Below, in pieces: positions 31,077 through 40,625 of a DNA stretch of 64,000 bases. Origin of the DNA: an uncultured delta proteobacterium (lineage in GTDB: Bacteria > Desulfobacterota > RBG-13-43-22). The DNA is taken from the NCBI GenBank assembly GCA_963790475.1, contig CAWBOS010000012.1:896001-960000 (forward strand), read 5' to 3'. The translations under genes were made by a program, and so were the position numbers. Each line of letters begins with the position of its first letter. Position 1 is the first letter of the stretch. Under the pieces are notes generated by a model. That model had not been told where the DNA came from. It did not search any database and saw nothing but the letters and a program-made list of their open reading frames with translations.

Positions 31077-32825
31077 ATGTCCTATCTCGTCTTAGCCCGT
31101 AAATGCCGACCCCAGGTCTTTGAAGAAGTCCTGGGGCAGGACCATGTTACCCGGACCCTGCAAAACGCCATTAAGTCAGGACGGGTGGCCCATGCCTACC
31201 TGTTCAGCGGCCCCAGGGGAGTGGGCAAGACCACGGTGGCCCGGATCCTGGCCAAGGCCCTGAATTGCCAGGATGGCCCAACCCCGGTTCCTTGCAACCA
31301 GTGTACCTCCTGCCGGGAAATCACCCAGGGGATCAGTCTGGACGTTCAGGAGATCGACGGGGCCTCCAACCGCGGGATTGACGACATCCGGGAATTGCGG
31401 GAGAGCATAAAATACCTTCCCAACCATGGCCGTTACAAGATTTATATCATCGATGAAGTCCACATGCTGACCGGCGAGGCCTTCAATGCCTTGCTCAAGA
31501 CACTGGAGGAACCTCCCAAACACGCCCTTTTTATGTTTGCCACTACCGAACTCAACAAGGTCCCCTTGACCATCTATTCCCGCTGCCAGTCTTTTAATTT
31601 CCGGCGGGTTTCCCTGGATGCCATTGTTACCTATTTGAAATCCCTGGCTCAGGCCGAAAAGGTGGCCATTGAAGAAGGCGCCTTGCGATTGATCGCCCGT
31701 CAGTCCGAAGGGAGTGTCCGGGACTCCTTAAGCCTGTTGGATCAAATCCTTTCCTTTTCCATGGACCAAATTACCGAGGTTCAGGTTCAGGAAATCCTCG
31801 GTTTCGTTGATCGAAGGATTATCTATGAGGTCGGGTGGGCTATACTGGAGAACCAGGTTAAAAGACTATTGGAATTGATAGGAGAAGTCTACGAGTTCGG
31901 CTATGACCTGAAACAATTTTTGAAGGACCTGATCGATCATTTTAGAAGCCTGCTATTGATTAAGATGGGGCATGACCGGGGACCTCTATTGGATATCCCC
32001 CTGGAAGAAATTCCGGAGATCAAGGAAAAGATCCGGGATATTTCTTTAGACTTCCTTCAGGATGGACTGCATTTTTTGGTTAATTCCGAAATGGAATTGC
32101 GAAGGGCACCCCAACCCCGACTGGTCCTGGAGATGATTCTCCTCCGGACGGCCCGTTTCCGGGAATTAATTCCCATCGATACTATCCTGGAACGATTGGA
32201 ACAGCTCCAGGGACAGGACTTCTCATCTCAGGCTCCTCCCGCTGTCGTTAGTGAGGCCCCCCTGGCGACACCGAAAAAAATACCGCCGTTGAAAGAGGCC
32301 CGCCCGGCCTATGCCTCTCAAAGCCGGCCGGAAAAATCGGAAGAAGAGGGGTTGGAAAAAGAGTCTGTCCCCGCCCCTGCCTTGGAAACTCCGGTCGAGT
32401 CCCCAATTCTGAAGGGAGATGAATTATTTTCCAAAGAAAGTCTACTGGAATTTATCCGTCAGCAACATCTCCCTCTGGCCACCTATTTGGCCCAAAGCGA
32501 AGTCCGGTTTGTGGATGAAAACACCCTGGAATGGGATTTTAAAGAGAATGCCTTTCACCTGGAGTTGATGGAAAGCAACAGCAACAAAAAGAAATTAGAA
32601 ACCATTTGCCAAGATTTTTTTAAACGAAAGATAAAGGTTCAGTTTCTTGGCCCGGAAAAGGAAAACCAAAAAGGCCGGCGGTCCGAGCCTGCCGGTCATG
32701 GACGACCCAAAAGACTTTCCATCAAGGAAGCCGTGGTCCAGCCCCAGATAAAAGACCTGATCGACATCTTTCAAGCCGAGGTGGTGGATATCAAGATGCC
32801 CCCGGAAAATGGAGAAGGGCTCTGA
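31077..32825 (+). CDS. dnaX: DNA polymerase III subunit gamma/tau
   Basis: HAYLFSGPRGVGKTT, zinc-binding Cys cluster, EIDGAS, DEVHML, NALLKTLEEPP, SRC. Confidence 0.95.
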   Translation: MSYLVLARKCRPQVFEEVLGQDHVTRTLQNAIKSGRVAHAYLFSGPRGVGKTTVARILAKALNCQDGPTPVPCNQCTSCREITQGISLDVQEIDGASNRGIDDIRELRESIKYLPNHGRYKIYIIDEVHMLTGEAFNALLKTLEEPPKHALFMFATTELNKVPLTIYSRCQSFNFRRVSLDAIVTYLKSLAQAEKVAIEEGALRLIARQSEGSVRDSLSLLDQILSFSMDQITEVQVQEILGFVDRRIIYEVGWAILENQVKRLLELIGEVYEFGYDLKQFLKDLIDHFRSLLLIKMGHDRGPLLDIPLEEIPEIKEKIRDISLDFLQDGLHFLVNSEMELRRAPQPRLVLEMILLRTARFRELIPIDTILERLEQLQGQDFSSQAPPAVVSEAPLATPKKIPPLKEARPAYASQSRPEKSEEEGLEKESVPAPALETPVESPILKGDELFSKESLLEFIRQQHLPLATYLAQSEVRFVDENTLEWDFKENAFHLELMESNSNKKKLETICQDFFKRKIKVQFLGPEKENQKGRRSEPAGHGRPKRLSIKEAVVQPQIKDLIDIFQAEVVDIKMPPENGEGL

Positions 32826-32841
32826 TTTGCCTAAAGCAATA

Positions 32842-33534
32842 CTAAAACCTTAGTTTGGCGACTTTCATGCCTGCTCGCCTTAATCGCTCACAATCTCTTT
32901 CCAGACGTTTGGTGGCTACGGTCTTGACTTCCGACTGATATCCCTTCGAATCTTCGTAGGAGCCAAAACCATATAGTTTTTCAATAGTTGTCAGGCCTTC
33001 ATTTGTTTTGAATCCGAATTCCGCTACACAGGCAAACCCTTTTTTTTCAAGACCTTCTTGCGTAAGTTGGAGATCGGGAAACTTAAGGGTCAGATCAACG
33101 GATACCGGCACCCCCGCCCGGCAGAGTTGAATAAAGTCCTGAAGTCTCAAAGCCGGCCTTTTGATCGGGGCATCATCGGGTAGTTTTGCAAAGGAATTTT
33201 CCAGGGTGAAAAAATCCTCTTTTAGCATAATCCCCGCCTTTTTCAGCCTGTTGTAATCCAGTTGCAAGCGGTTATTGGCAATCAGAATACATTCCAGGGG
33301 ATGTCGAACCGAGTCTTCGGCGAACAAATAATTTTTTTTGATCTTAAAAGGTTTTCCGTCGACTTTGCCGCTGTATTCCACGGATAAAACATTGGTATCC
33401 ACAGGGCGGCCAATCCGTTCGACCGTAATGATTTCACTTAAGAACTTTGTTTTAATAGACACCTTTTTGCCAGAGGCGGCATCTTTTATCAATTCGGCCA
33501 GCATAGTTACCGATTGAGCTTGAGCACTTACCAT
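32842..33534 (-). CDS. Hypothetical protein with two homologous ~110-aa halves
   Basis: RBS AGGAGGAG; ANNRLQLDYNRLKKAGI vs ATKRLERDCERLRRAGM. Confidence 0.75.
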   Translation of the reverse strand: MVSAQAQSVTMLAELIKDAASGKKVSIKTKFLSEIITVERIGRPVDTNVLSVEYSGKVDGKPFKIKKNYLFAEDSVRHPLECILIANNRLQLDYNRLKKAGIMLKEDFFTLENSFAKLPDDAPIKRPALRLQDFIQLCRAGVPVSVDLTLKFPDLQLTQEGLEKKGFACVAEFGFKTNEGLTTIEKLYGFGSYEDSKGYQSEVKTVATKRLERDCERLRRAGMKVAKLRF

Positions 33535-33617
33535 ATTTCTCCTCCTGTCCGCCCGCAGAGGGCCGGTTACAGAAACCCCTCAACCAATTTTTAACGCTAT
33601 TGTCCAAAAATTACTAT

Positions 33618-33633
33618 TGCAAATGATGAGCCA
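33618..33633 (-). promoter_or_regulatory. sigma54 (-24/-12) promoter
   Basis: TGGCTCATCATTTGCA fits TGGCAC-N5-TTGCW. Confidence 0.65.
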
Positions 33634-33734
33634 AAAAACAAACGGCCCTATTTACTGTAACCTACTATAAATATTGCTTAATATTGTAGCGAGAAAATCG
33701 TCCTTCCTTGGTGAAGGTTTTTGTCTGTTGAATA

Positions 33735-33753
33735 TTTTTACAAGTTGTAAAAA
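33735..33753. promoter_or_regulatory. Palindrome, candidate enhancer (bEBP) site
   Basis: TTTTTACAA-G-TTGTAAAAA about 100 bp upstream of the sigma54 site. Confidence 0.45.
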
Positions 33754-33807
33754 GACAATGCAACAGAAGGGCGGCCTTTGGTGATCTTCCACTAATCATA
33801 CTTTTGG

Positions 33808-34965
33808 TCAGTCAATTCCTCTCAGCCCATCGGCGATGCGGATGTTTACCGCCCGATAGACCGGGAAAAGGGCGGCTACAAAACCCACCACGGCCGAGAC
33901 CCCCAGGGCCATCCAAAGGGTACCCGGGTGAATCGTGAAAATCGGGAAAAAGTTTTCCAATTGTCCGGATACCAGCCGGACCACCGGGAAGGTAAGTCCT
34001 ATCCCTAAGACCCCGCCGGCCAGGGCAATAAGTAAAGATTCTCCGCAAATTATAAAAAAAATAGTCCAACCTCCGAAACCGAGGGTTTTTAAGGTGGCGT
34101 ATTCGGCCGCCCGTTCCCTGGCGGTCATGGCCATGGTATTGGCCAGGACAATCATGATGATAATAATGACCACAATGGAGATGACCTTTATTGAAACAAC
34201 AATGGCTCCGGTCATGGCAATAAAGCCGAGTTGGAAGGCCTTCTCGGTTTCGGTCAGGGTCTCGGCCAGAGAATTCTTGAAGGTTCGATCCACCGCTTGA
34301 GTAATCTCCGGGGCCTTGAATGGATCGGCCAGCCGGATTACGTACCAGCCCACCTGGTTGGCCCGGGTAGGGGCTACGCGTTTTACCTGTTCATTCAGAT
34401 AATCCCAATGGAAAAAGAATTGGGTCTCATCCACGCCTTGCCGGGTTCCGTGATAAATCCCTCTCAGGACAAATTCCCAGTTTCCGGGAAAGATGACCCC
34501 GCGCAGGGCAATGACTTCTCCGATCTTCCAGTGGTATTTGTTCACCAGCTTTCGCCCGGCGATACAGGCCTTTCTCTCCCGCAGGAAGGCCGCCTTCTGG
34601 TCTTCGGGGATACCGATTTCGGGGTAGAGGTTGAAAAAAGATTTGGCGTCTATGGCTATTTGAGGGAAAAAGTTTTTTTCGTCAATATAAACCCCTCCAA
34701 ACCAGTTGGCATAGGTGACATCCGTCACTTCGGGAATCTGCTTGATTTTAGTCAGATAGGAAAGGGGGAGGGGAAAGATCAGGGAAATGGCACTTCGGGT
34801 GATCAAGCGGTTGGCGGCCGAGGCCTCCACCCCGGCATACCAGGCATGAATCAAAGTCCGGAGCAGGCAAAAGGCGAGAACGGCCACGGCAATGCCGATA
34901 ATGGTCAGACCGGTGCGGAGTTTGTGTCGAAGGGTGTTATTAAAAACAATCTTGAAAAGTTTCAT
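33808..34965 (-). CDS. MacB/FtsX-like ABC permease
   Basis: RTGLTIIGIAVAV, periplasmic domain, NTMAMTARER..E...LKTLGF, ESLLI. Confidence 0.85.
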   Translation of the reverse strand: MKLFKIVFNNTLRHKLRTGLTIIGIAVAVLAFCLLRTLIHAWYAGVEASAANRLITRSAISLIFPLPLSYLTKIKQIPEVTDVTYANWFGGVYIDEKNFFPQIAIDAKSFFNLYPEIGIPEDQKAAFLRERKACIAGRKLVNKYHWKIGEVIALRGVIFPGNWEFVLRGIYHGTRQGVDETQFFFHWDYLNEQVKRVAPTRANQVGWYVIRLADPFKAPEITQAVDRTFKNSLAETLTETEKAFQLGFIAMTGAIVVSIKVISIVVIIIIMIVLANTMAMTARERAAEYATLKTLGFGGWTIFFIICGESLLIALAGGVLGIGLTFPVVRLVSGQLENFFPIFTIHPGTLWMALGVSAVVGFVAALFPVYRAVNIRIADGLRGID

Positions 34966-35145
34966 GAAAGTTGAGGGGCGATAAAGTTTTTTGGCATAGA
35001 GTCCACAGCGGGCACAGGTTTTAATTGTAAGCGGTGAGAGGCTATTTCCACTCACCCCACATCATCCGTCTTGCACTGGAAGGACATTTCCCTAAAGAAC
35101 AGGGGTGTTGGCCTTATTGGTCTTTCATAAAAAAATAAGGCTATT

Positions 35146-35328
35146 TTATTGAGACAAAATGCCTAACAGGCCATGGATGGTAGCGATGATGAACAACAAT
35201 ATTCCTGTTTTCCTATGGACCCCGAAACGCACCTTAATCCAGCGAAGCCCCGTGGCTAATTGAAAAAAAAGGAACAGGAAATTGATGATCCCCAGAATCA
35301 ATATGATGGATATTCCCCCGATAGCCAT
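35146..35328 (-). CDS. Small two-TM membrane protein
   Basis: Two hydrophobic helices with His residues (VHRKTG, IHG); RBS GAGG. Confidence 0.6.
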   Translation of the reverse strand: MAIGGISIILILGIINFLFLFFQLATGLRWIKVRFGVHRKTGILLFIIATIHGLLGILSQ

Positions 35329-35345
35329 AGGACCTCTTTCAATTT

Positions 35346-35450
35346 TGATAAGCTCGTAAAAAGTCAGAATGGGTGTCTGTCAGTCTTTCCGGCCAGGGTG
35401 ACGGGGAAGACAAAAATGGGCTTTCGGTGACTTTTCATGAGTCCTCCATT
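35346..35450. repeat. Degenerate inverted-repeat element (CTCGTAAAAAGTC / GACTTTTCATGAG ends)
   Basis: Imperfect terminal inverted repeats read directly. Confidence 0.5.
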
Positions 35451-35670
35451 ATTCTTTAATTGTAATCTTCCAGTTAGCCGGGCCGGCGCTGCCGTGCCTA
35501 TTGCAGTTGGCCTCGGCGGTCAGTTCGATAGGCTCATTGACCGGAATCTTGACCTCTCGGCTGAAAACAGCCGCCTCAGGCCGATTGCCACTGGGAAAAT
35601 CCCAGCGGGAAAATTCCTTCCCGTTGACCTTCAAAGTCACCCAATTGGTATAATGAAAAAAGTTAGGATT
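35449..35670 (-). pseudogene. 5'-truncated desulfoferrodoxin/SOR-like metal-binding domain
   Basis: FHYTNWV...AEANCNRHG (H...C-x-x-H-G); no start codon or RBS before the first His. Confidence 0.5.
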
Positions 35671-35685
35671 CTTGGAAAAGATTCT

Positions 35686-36279
35686 CTACATCAAACCCCG
35701 GCCCATTCTTCCAAAACCGAATAAGGAATTGGATATCACGCCGATGAGGATGAAAACCACGATACTGACCAGGATGGTGACGATAAAATATCCAATGGCT
35801 TTGTCCCTTGGGGTCTCCATCAAAACGGGTAAACCCAGGTAAAAAAGATAAAGACTGTAAAGGGACAGGAGCACGGCGATAGGTGAAAGGGCCGGTATAA
35901 TCATCAGGATGCCGGCTATCCAGGAAGGGGTCCAGGAAAAGACAGCCACCTTCATGGCATTAACCTGATTTTTTTGAGAACCAAAACTAGGGGCCAACGC
36001 ATCGATTATTAAGCCAACGACATAGAGTCCCACCAGGGACAGAATATAGGAAACCACTGCATGGCTGATTCCCCATCCCAAAGGGACGCGGTAAGAAAAG
36101 GCCAGCACGGAAAAACCCAGCAGGGACAAGCCGATAAAGGAGGCTATGGGGGGGATAGCGGCCAAAAACACGGCATAAGAGGTATACAGCTCTTTGATGG
36201 TTACCTGTTCCGCCTTAATTTCGGCCCAGGTATCCGATGGTTTTAAGATGATGTCTTTTACCCTTTGAACGATGTTCAT
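35686..36279 (-). CDS. Yip1 family membrane protein
   Basis: ILKPSDTWAEI, IIDALAPSFG, YSLYLFYLGLPVLM; RBS AGGAGG. Confidence 0.85.
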   Translation of the reverse strand: MNIVQRVKDIILKPSDTWAEIKAEQVTIKELYTSYAVFLAAIPPIASFIGLSLLGFSVLAFSYRVPLGWGISHAVVSYILSLVGLYVVGLIIDALAPSFGSQKNQVNAMKVAVFSWTPSWIAGILMIIPALSPIAVLLSLYSLYLFYLGLPVLMETPRDKAIGYFIVTILVSIVVFILIGVISNSLFGFGRMGRGLM

Positions 36280-36417
36280 TGTCGGCCTCCTTGAGAAATT
36301 TAATTTACACCTTTTAATATGGTATCTTAAACTGCCGATCATGGTCAAATAAAAAAAACCGGTGGCCTTTGTCCGGGAGGGGGAAATTATTTTTCCTTAG
36401 CCAAAAGCATCTGTTTC

Positions 36418-36447
36418 TTGACAACAGGCTAAATATTAAGCTAAATT
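36418..36447 (+). promoter_or_regulatory. sigma70-type promoter for gatB
   Basis: TTGACA-N18-TAAATT. Confidence 0.45.
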
Positions 36448-36572
36448 ATGCTATCGCCCTCGTGCTGAATCCTCAGGATTCTGGCGGCTCCTAAGAATCA
36501 TATAAATGCTCTCGGCCCCCCCTTTGGAAAAGGGAAATTAAGGGGCAATTTTTGCAGTAAGGAAACGGACCA

Positions 36573-38003
36573 ATGTCTGACTTGGAAGCGGTTATCGGGT
36601 TGGAAATTCACGCCCAATTATTGACGGAAAGTAAAATCTTTTGCGGATGTTCCACCCGTTTCGGGGCGGAACCCAATACCCATACCTGTCCGGTCTGTCT
36701 GGGTCTGCCCGGTTCTCTGCCGGTCCTCAATAAAAAAGTGGTTGAATATACGCTGCGTATGGCCCTGGCCACCCATTGTTCCATCGCCCCTTACAGCCTT
36801 TCAGCCCGAAAAAATTATTTCTATCCCGACCTGCCCAAGGGATACCAGATTTCTCAATTTGAATTGCCGCTGGCCGAAAAGGGTTGGATTGATATTGAGG
36901 TGAACGGCCAGGCTAAAAGGATCGGCATCACCCGGATTCATATCGAAGAGGATGCCGGGAAACTGATCCATGATGAGGTTCGTCCGGTCAGTTACGTGGA
37001 CTTTAACAGGACAGGGGTTCCTTTGATGGAGATTGTCAGCGAGCCCGATCTGCGGACTCCGGAAGAAGCCGGTGAATATCTGAGACGGTTGAGGGAGATT
37101 TTACGTTACCTGGATATCTGCGACGGTAATATGGAAGAAGGCAGTTTTCGCTGTGATGCCAACATCTCCATGCGACCGATTGGTTCCCCCGGATTCGGGA
37201 CCAAGGCCGAATTAAAAAACATGAATTCTTTTAAGCATGTGGAAAAAGCCTTGGATTTTGAAATCAGACGACAGCGGGCCGTCCTGGAAGACGGCGGCGA
37301 GATCACCCAGGAAACCCGGCTCTGGGATACGGCCCGAGGGGTGACGCTGTCCATGCGGGGCAAGGAAGAAGCCCACGATTATCGCTACTTTCCCGACCCG
37401 GATTTGATCCCTTTGGAAATCAGCCGGGAATGGATCGAGTCGGTTCGGGAAAGTCTGCCTGAACTCCCGGAAGCCAAACGACAACGTTTCATCAGCCGGT
37501 ATGGGCTGCCGGAATATGATACCCAGGTTCTGACCTCTTCCAAGGCCCTGGCCAATTATTTTGAAGAATGTGTTCGGCTTCACCCCCAACCCAAAACGGT
37601 CAGCAACTGGATTATGGTGGAATTGGTTCGGGAATTAAAAAGAAAAGAACAAGACATTGAGCACTGCCCGGTATCAGCCGAAAATTTGGCCGCCCTTTTG
37701 GACCTGATTCAGGAAAGGGTAATCAGCGGTAAGATGGCCAAAGCTGTTTTTGAAGAGATGTTTGAAACGGGCCGATCCTCCAAAACCATCGTCCAGGACA
37801 GGGGGTTGATCCAGATGACCGATGCGGCTCAGATCCAGGCTGTTATTGAAGAAGTTTTTAAGAAAAATCCGGATAAGATCACGGCCTATAAAGAAGGAAA
37901 GACCAAGCTCTTCGGATATTTCGTCGGAGAAGTCATGAAAAAGACCCAGGGAAAGGCCAACCCGAAAATCGTTAATGAGATTCTAAAGAAAAGGTTGGAT
38001 TAG
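36573..38003 (+). CDS. gatB: Asp/Glu-tRNA amidotransferase subunit B
   Basis: [50 protein letters not shown]. Confidence 0.97.
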   Translation: MSDLEAVIGLEIHAQLLTESKIFCGCSTRFGAEPNTHTCPVCLGLPGSLPVLNKKVVEYTLRMALATHCSIAPYSLSARKNYFYPDLPKGYQISQFELPLAEKGWIDIEVNGQAKRIGITRIHIEEDAGKLIHDEVRPVSYVDFNRTGVPLMEIVSEPDLRTPEEAGEYLRRLREILRYLDICDGNMEEGSFRCDANISMRPIGSPGFGTKAELKNMNSFKHVEKALDFEIRRQRAVLEDGGEITQETRLWDTARGVTLSMRGKEEAHDYRYFPDPDLIPLEISREWIESVRESLPELPEAKRQRFISRYGLPEYDTQVLTSSKALANYFEECVRLHPQPKTVSNWIMVELVRELKRKEQDIEHCPVSAENLAALLDLIQERVISGKMAKAVFEEMFETGRSSKTIVQDRGLIQMTDAAQIQAVIEEVFKKNPDKITAYKEGKTKLFGYFVGEVMKKTQGKANPKIVNEILKKRLD

Positions 38004-38092
38004 CGGATTGTTGGTCCAGCTTAGCATCTAAAATAGAAATAGGCCAGCACCGACAAAAATAGGTCAGGCATCTTGCCGGATATGAGGTTTTT

Positions 38093-39133
38093 ATGATCAA
38101 AACCATTGAATGGAAAAACAACCGGGTGATTATGATCGATCAGCGGAAACTGCCCGGGCAGGAAACCTATGTGGTCTGTTCCGACTATCATCAGGTCATC
38201 AAAGCCATTAAGGAGATGGTTATCCGCGGGGCACCGGCAATAGGTGTTGCCGCAGCCATGGGAGTTGCTCTGGGTGCCGAAGCGATAAAGGCCGATACCC
38301 TGAAAAGTTTCCTGAACCGTTTTAATAAGATCTGTGAGGATATCACCCGAGCCAGACCCACGGCGGTCAATCTTTCTTGGGCCGTTGAACGGATGCGGAA
38401 TCTTGTTGATAACAGTGTTAATAAAAAAATAGAAGTCCTTAAGAAAGCCTTGATTCAAGAGGCCCGGCACATGCTGGTCGAGGACATTGCCATTAATAAG
38501 CGGCTTGGTTCCATGGGGCAAAAAGTAATCAAAAACCGGGCCACGGTCTTAACCCACTGCAATGCCGGGGCTTTGGCTACCGGAGGGTACGGAACGGCCC
38601 TGGGGGTCATCCGGGCGGCCAAGGAGGCCGGAAAACAAGTGCAAGTCATCGCCGATGAAACCCGTCCCTTTCTGCAAGGGACCCGGTTAACAGCCTGGGA
38701 ATTAGTCCGGGAACACATATCGGTGACATTGATTACCGACAATATGGCCGGTTATCTGATGAAGAAGGGCTTGATTGATGTAGTCATTGTCGGGGCCGAC
38801 CGGATAGCCGCCAATGGGGATACGGCCAACAAAATCGGGACCTATTCGGTAGCCGTTCTGGCTAAGGAGCATGGTATCCCTTTTTATGTAGCCGCCCCTC
38901 GTTCCACTGTTGACCGTCAGATCAAAACGGGTGAGGACATCCCCATAGAAGAACGAAATGAAAAAGAGGTGACTCATGTGGCCGGGAAGAGGATGGCTCC
39001 CCTGGGAATCTCGGTCCTCAACCCGGCCTTTGATGTGACCCCTCATTCTTATATTACAGGTATTATCACAGAAAAGGGGATAATAAAAGCCCCCTTTCAA
39101 CGAAATATCGCTAAGCTTTGGCAAAAAAAATAA
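38093..39133 (+). CDS. mtnA: S-methyl-5-thioribose-1-phosphate isomerase
   Basis: IRGAPAIG, RPTAVNL, THCNAGALAT, ETRP, GADRI, NPAFDVTP. Confidence 0.95.
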   Translation: MIKTIEWKNNRVIMIDQRKLPGQETYVVCSDYHQVIKAIKEMVIRGAPAIGVAAAMGVALGAEAIKADTLKSFLNRFNKICEDITRARPTAVNLSWAVERMRNLVDNSVNKKIEVLKKALIQEARHMLVEDIAINKRLGSMGQKVIKNRATVLTHCNAGALATGGYGTALGVIRAAKEAGKQVQVIADETRPFLQGTRLTAWELVREHISVTLITDNMAGYLMKKGLIDVVIVGADRIAANGDTANKIGTYSVAVLAKEHGIPFYVAAPRSTVDRQIKTGEDIPIEERNEKEVTHVAGKRMAPLGISVLNPAFDVTPHSYITGIITEKGIIKAPFQRNIAKLWQKK

Positions 39134-39253
39134 ATTTAGTAAGAAAATACACGGTCAAAGTTCAAGGTTCGACGTTTGATAAAATCCGATTTCATGTTTC
39201 TTCGTGCCCGCCTTAAGCGAGCTTGAGGGAAACTTTTATTTAATGAGGTGGTT

Positions 39254-40270
39254 ATGGTGTTACCCGGTTCTGAAGTTCAAGAAATGGTCAAGGCGATCCA
39301 GACCTTTCCCAATTACAAGGTGTTGGTTATTGGTGATATCATGATGGATGAATTTCTTTGGGGGGAAGTCTCCCGTATCTCCCCCGAGGCACCGGTTCCC
39401 ATAGTGAAAGTTGAAAGAGAGACCTTTATGTTGGGAGGGGCGGCCAATGTGCTCAATAATTTGTTGGGTCTTAAAGGCCGGGTTTTATTGGCCGGGGTTA
39501 TCGGGTCTGACGGAATGGGAAGGAGACTGCTCCGAAACCTCCAATCCTTAGGGACCACTTCCGAAGGAATCGTGGTCGAAGAAGGAAGGCCGACATCCAT
39601 CAAGACCCGGGTCATTGCCCATAACCAGCAGGTGGTTCGGGTGGACCGGGAAAAAGTGATGCCCATTCAACCGGAAAGCTTAAAAAGCATCCTGAATATC
39701 ATCAAGAGAAACATCGCTCAAATTCAGGGGATCGTCATCTCCGACTATGGGAAGGGGGTAGTTTCTCAGGAATTGATGATCGGATTAAAAAAGATCTTGG
39801 GCAAAAATCCCCTCCCCATCTTAGTGGATCCGAAACCCAAAAACATCCGCTGGTATGATCGGGTGACTTTGATCACCCCTAATCATGAGGAAGCTGAGGC
39901 GGCGGTTGGGAAAAAGATCGAATCCGAAGAAGATCTCCTTCGGGCGGGAACACAACTTCTGAAAAAGATAAAATGTGAATCGGTATTGATTACCCGGGGG
40001 CCGGAGGGCATGACCCTCTTTTTAAAAAATAAAAAGATTGAGCATATTCCCACCGTGGCCCAAAAGGTCTTTGATGTAAGCGGGGCAGGGGATACGGTGA
40101 TCGCCACATTGATTCTCTCCCTGGCTTCGGGAATGAATATGATTCAGGCCTGTAAGACGGCCAATTATGCCGCCGGAATTGTCATTGGAGAGGTGGGGAC
40201 CGCAGCCGTTCGGGTGGGGAAGTTGATAAAGGTTTTGATGGAAGCGGGGGAAAAAGCTCATAGCTCGTAG
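39254..40270 (+). CDS. rfaE1: D-glycero-beta-D-manno-heptose-7-phosphate kinase (RfaE domain I)
   Basis: RISPEAPVP, GGAANV, SDYGKG, DVSGAGDTV. Confidence 0.9.
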   Translation: MVLPGSEVQEMVKAIQTFPNYKVLVIGDIMMDEFLWGEVSRISPEAPVPIVKVERETFMLGGAANVLNNLLGLKGRVLLAGVIGSDGMGRRLLRNLQSLGTTSEGIVVEEGRPTSIKTRVIAHNQQVVRVDREKVMPIQPESLKSILNIIKRNIAQIQGIVISDYGKGVVSQELMIGLKKILGKNPLPILVDPKPKNIRWYDRVTLITPNHEEAEAAVGKKIESEEDLLRAGTQLLKKIKCESVLITRGPEGMTLFLKNKKIEHIPTVAQKVFDVSGAGDTVIATLILSLASGMNMIQACKTANYAAGIVIGEVGTAAVRVGKLIKVLMEAGEKAHSS

Positions 40271-40283
40271 CTCGTAGCTCAAA
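40254..40283. repeat. Heptamer tandem repeat (AGCTCRT)
   Basis: agctcatagctcgtagctcgtagctc; inverted partner ctatgagct near 40329. Confidence 0.6.
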
Positions 40284-40362
40284 GGAAAACCATCCCAGTT
40301 TGCATTGGGTTTTGTAGTTCCCTGCGCGCTATGAGCTTAACACTAAAGGCAAGGGATAATTT

Positions 40363-40587
40363 ATGGCCAATTACTTAGTTACTGGCGGGGCCGGATTTAT
40401 CGGGTCCCATATTGCAAAGCCCCTTTTAGAAGAAGGACATCGGGTGCGGATCCTGGACAACTTTTCAACGGGACGCAGAGAAAATGTGAAGGCCATTGAG
40501 ACCATCGTTCCTTTGAGCCTGGAAATTATCGAGGGTGATATTCGGACATTTTGGCTGATGACAAGACCGCAAAATTCTGTTAGGTAG
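40363..40587 (+). pseudogene. NAD-dependent epimerase/dehydratase, internally deleted
   Basis: [24 protein letters not shown], then an early stop. Confidence 0.8.
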
Positions 40588-40625
40588 TGGAGCAGTCGAG
40601 AGTCGGAAATAGGGGGGGATTCAAA

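Noticed and set aside
32274-32280. A7 run in dnaX as a programmed -1 frameshift for the gamma subunit
   Set aside because: Not an A AAA AAG heptamer in the correct frame, no immediate stop in the -1 frame, no clear stimulatory hairpin.
36455-36495. GCTGAATCC hairpin before gatB as a c-di-AMP riboswitch
   Set aside because: Only the first few nucleotides match; the rest of the ydaO consensus is absent.
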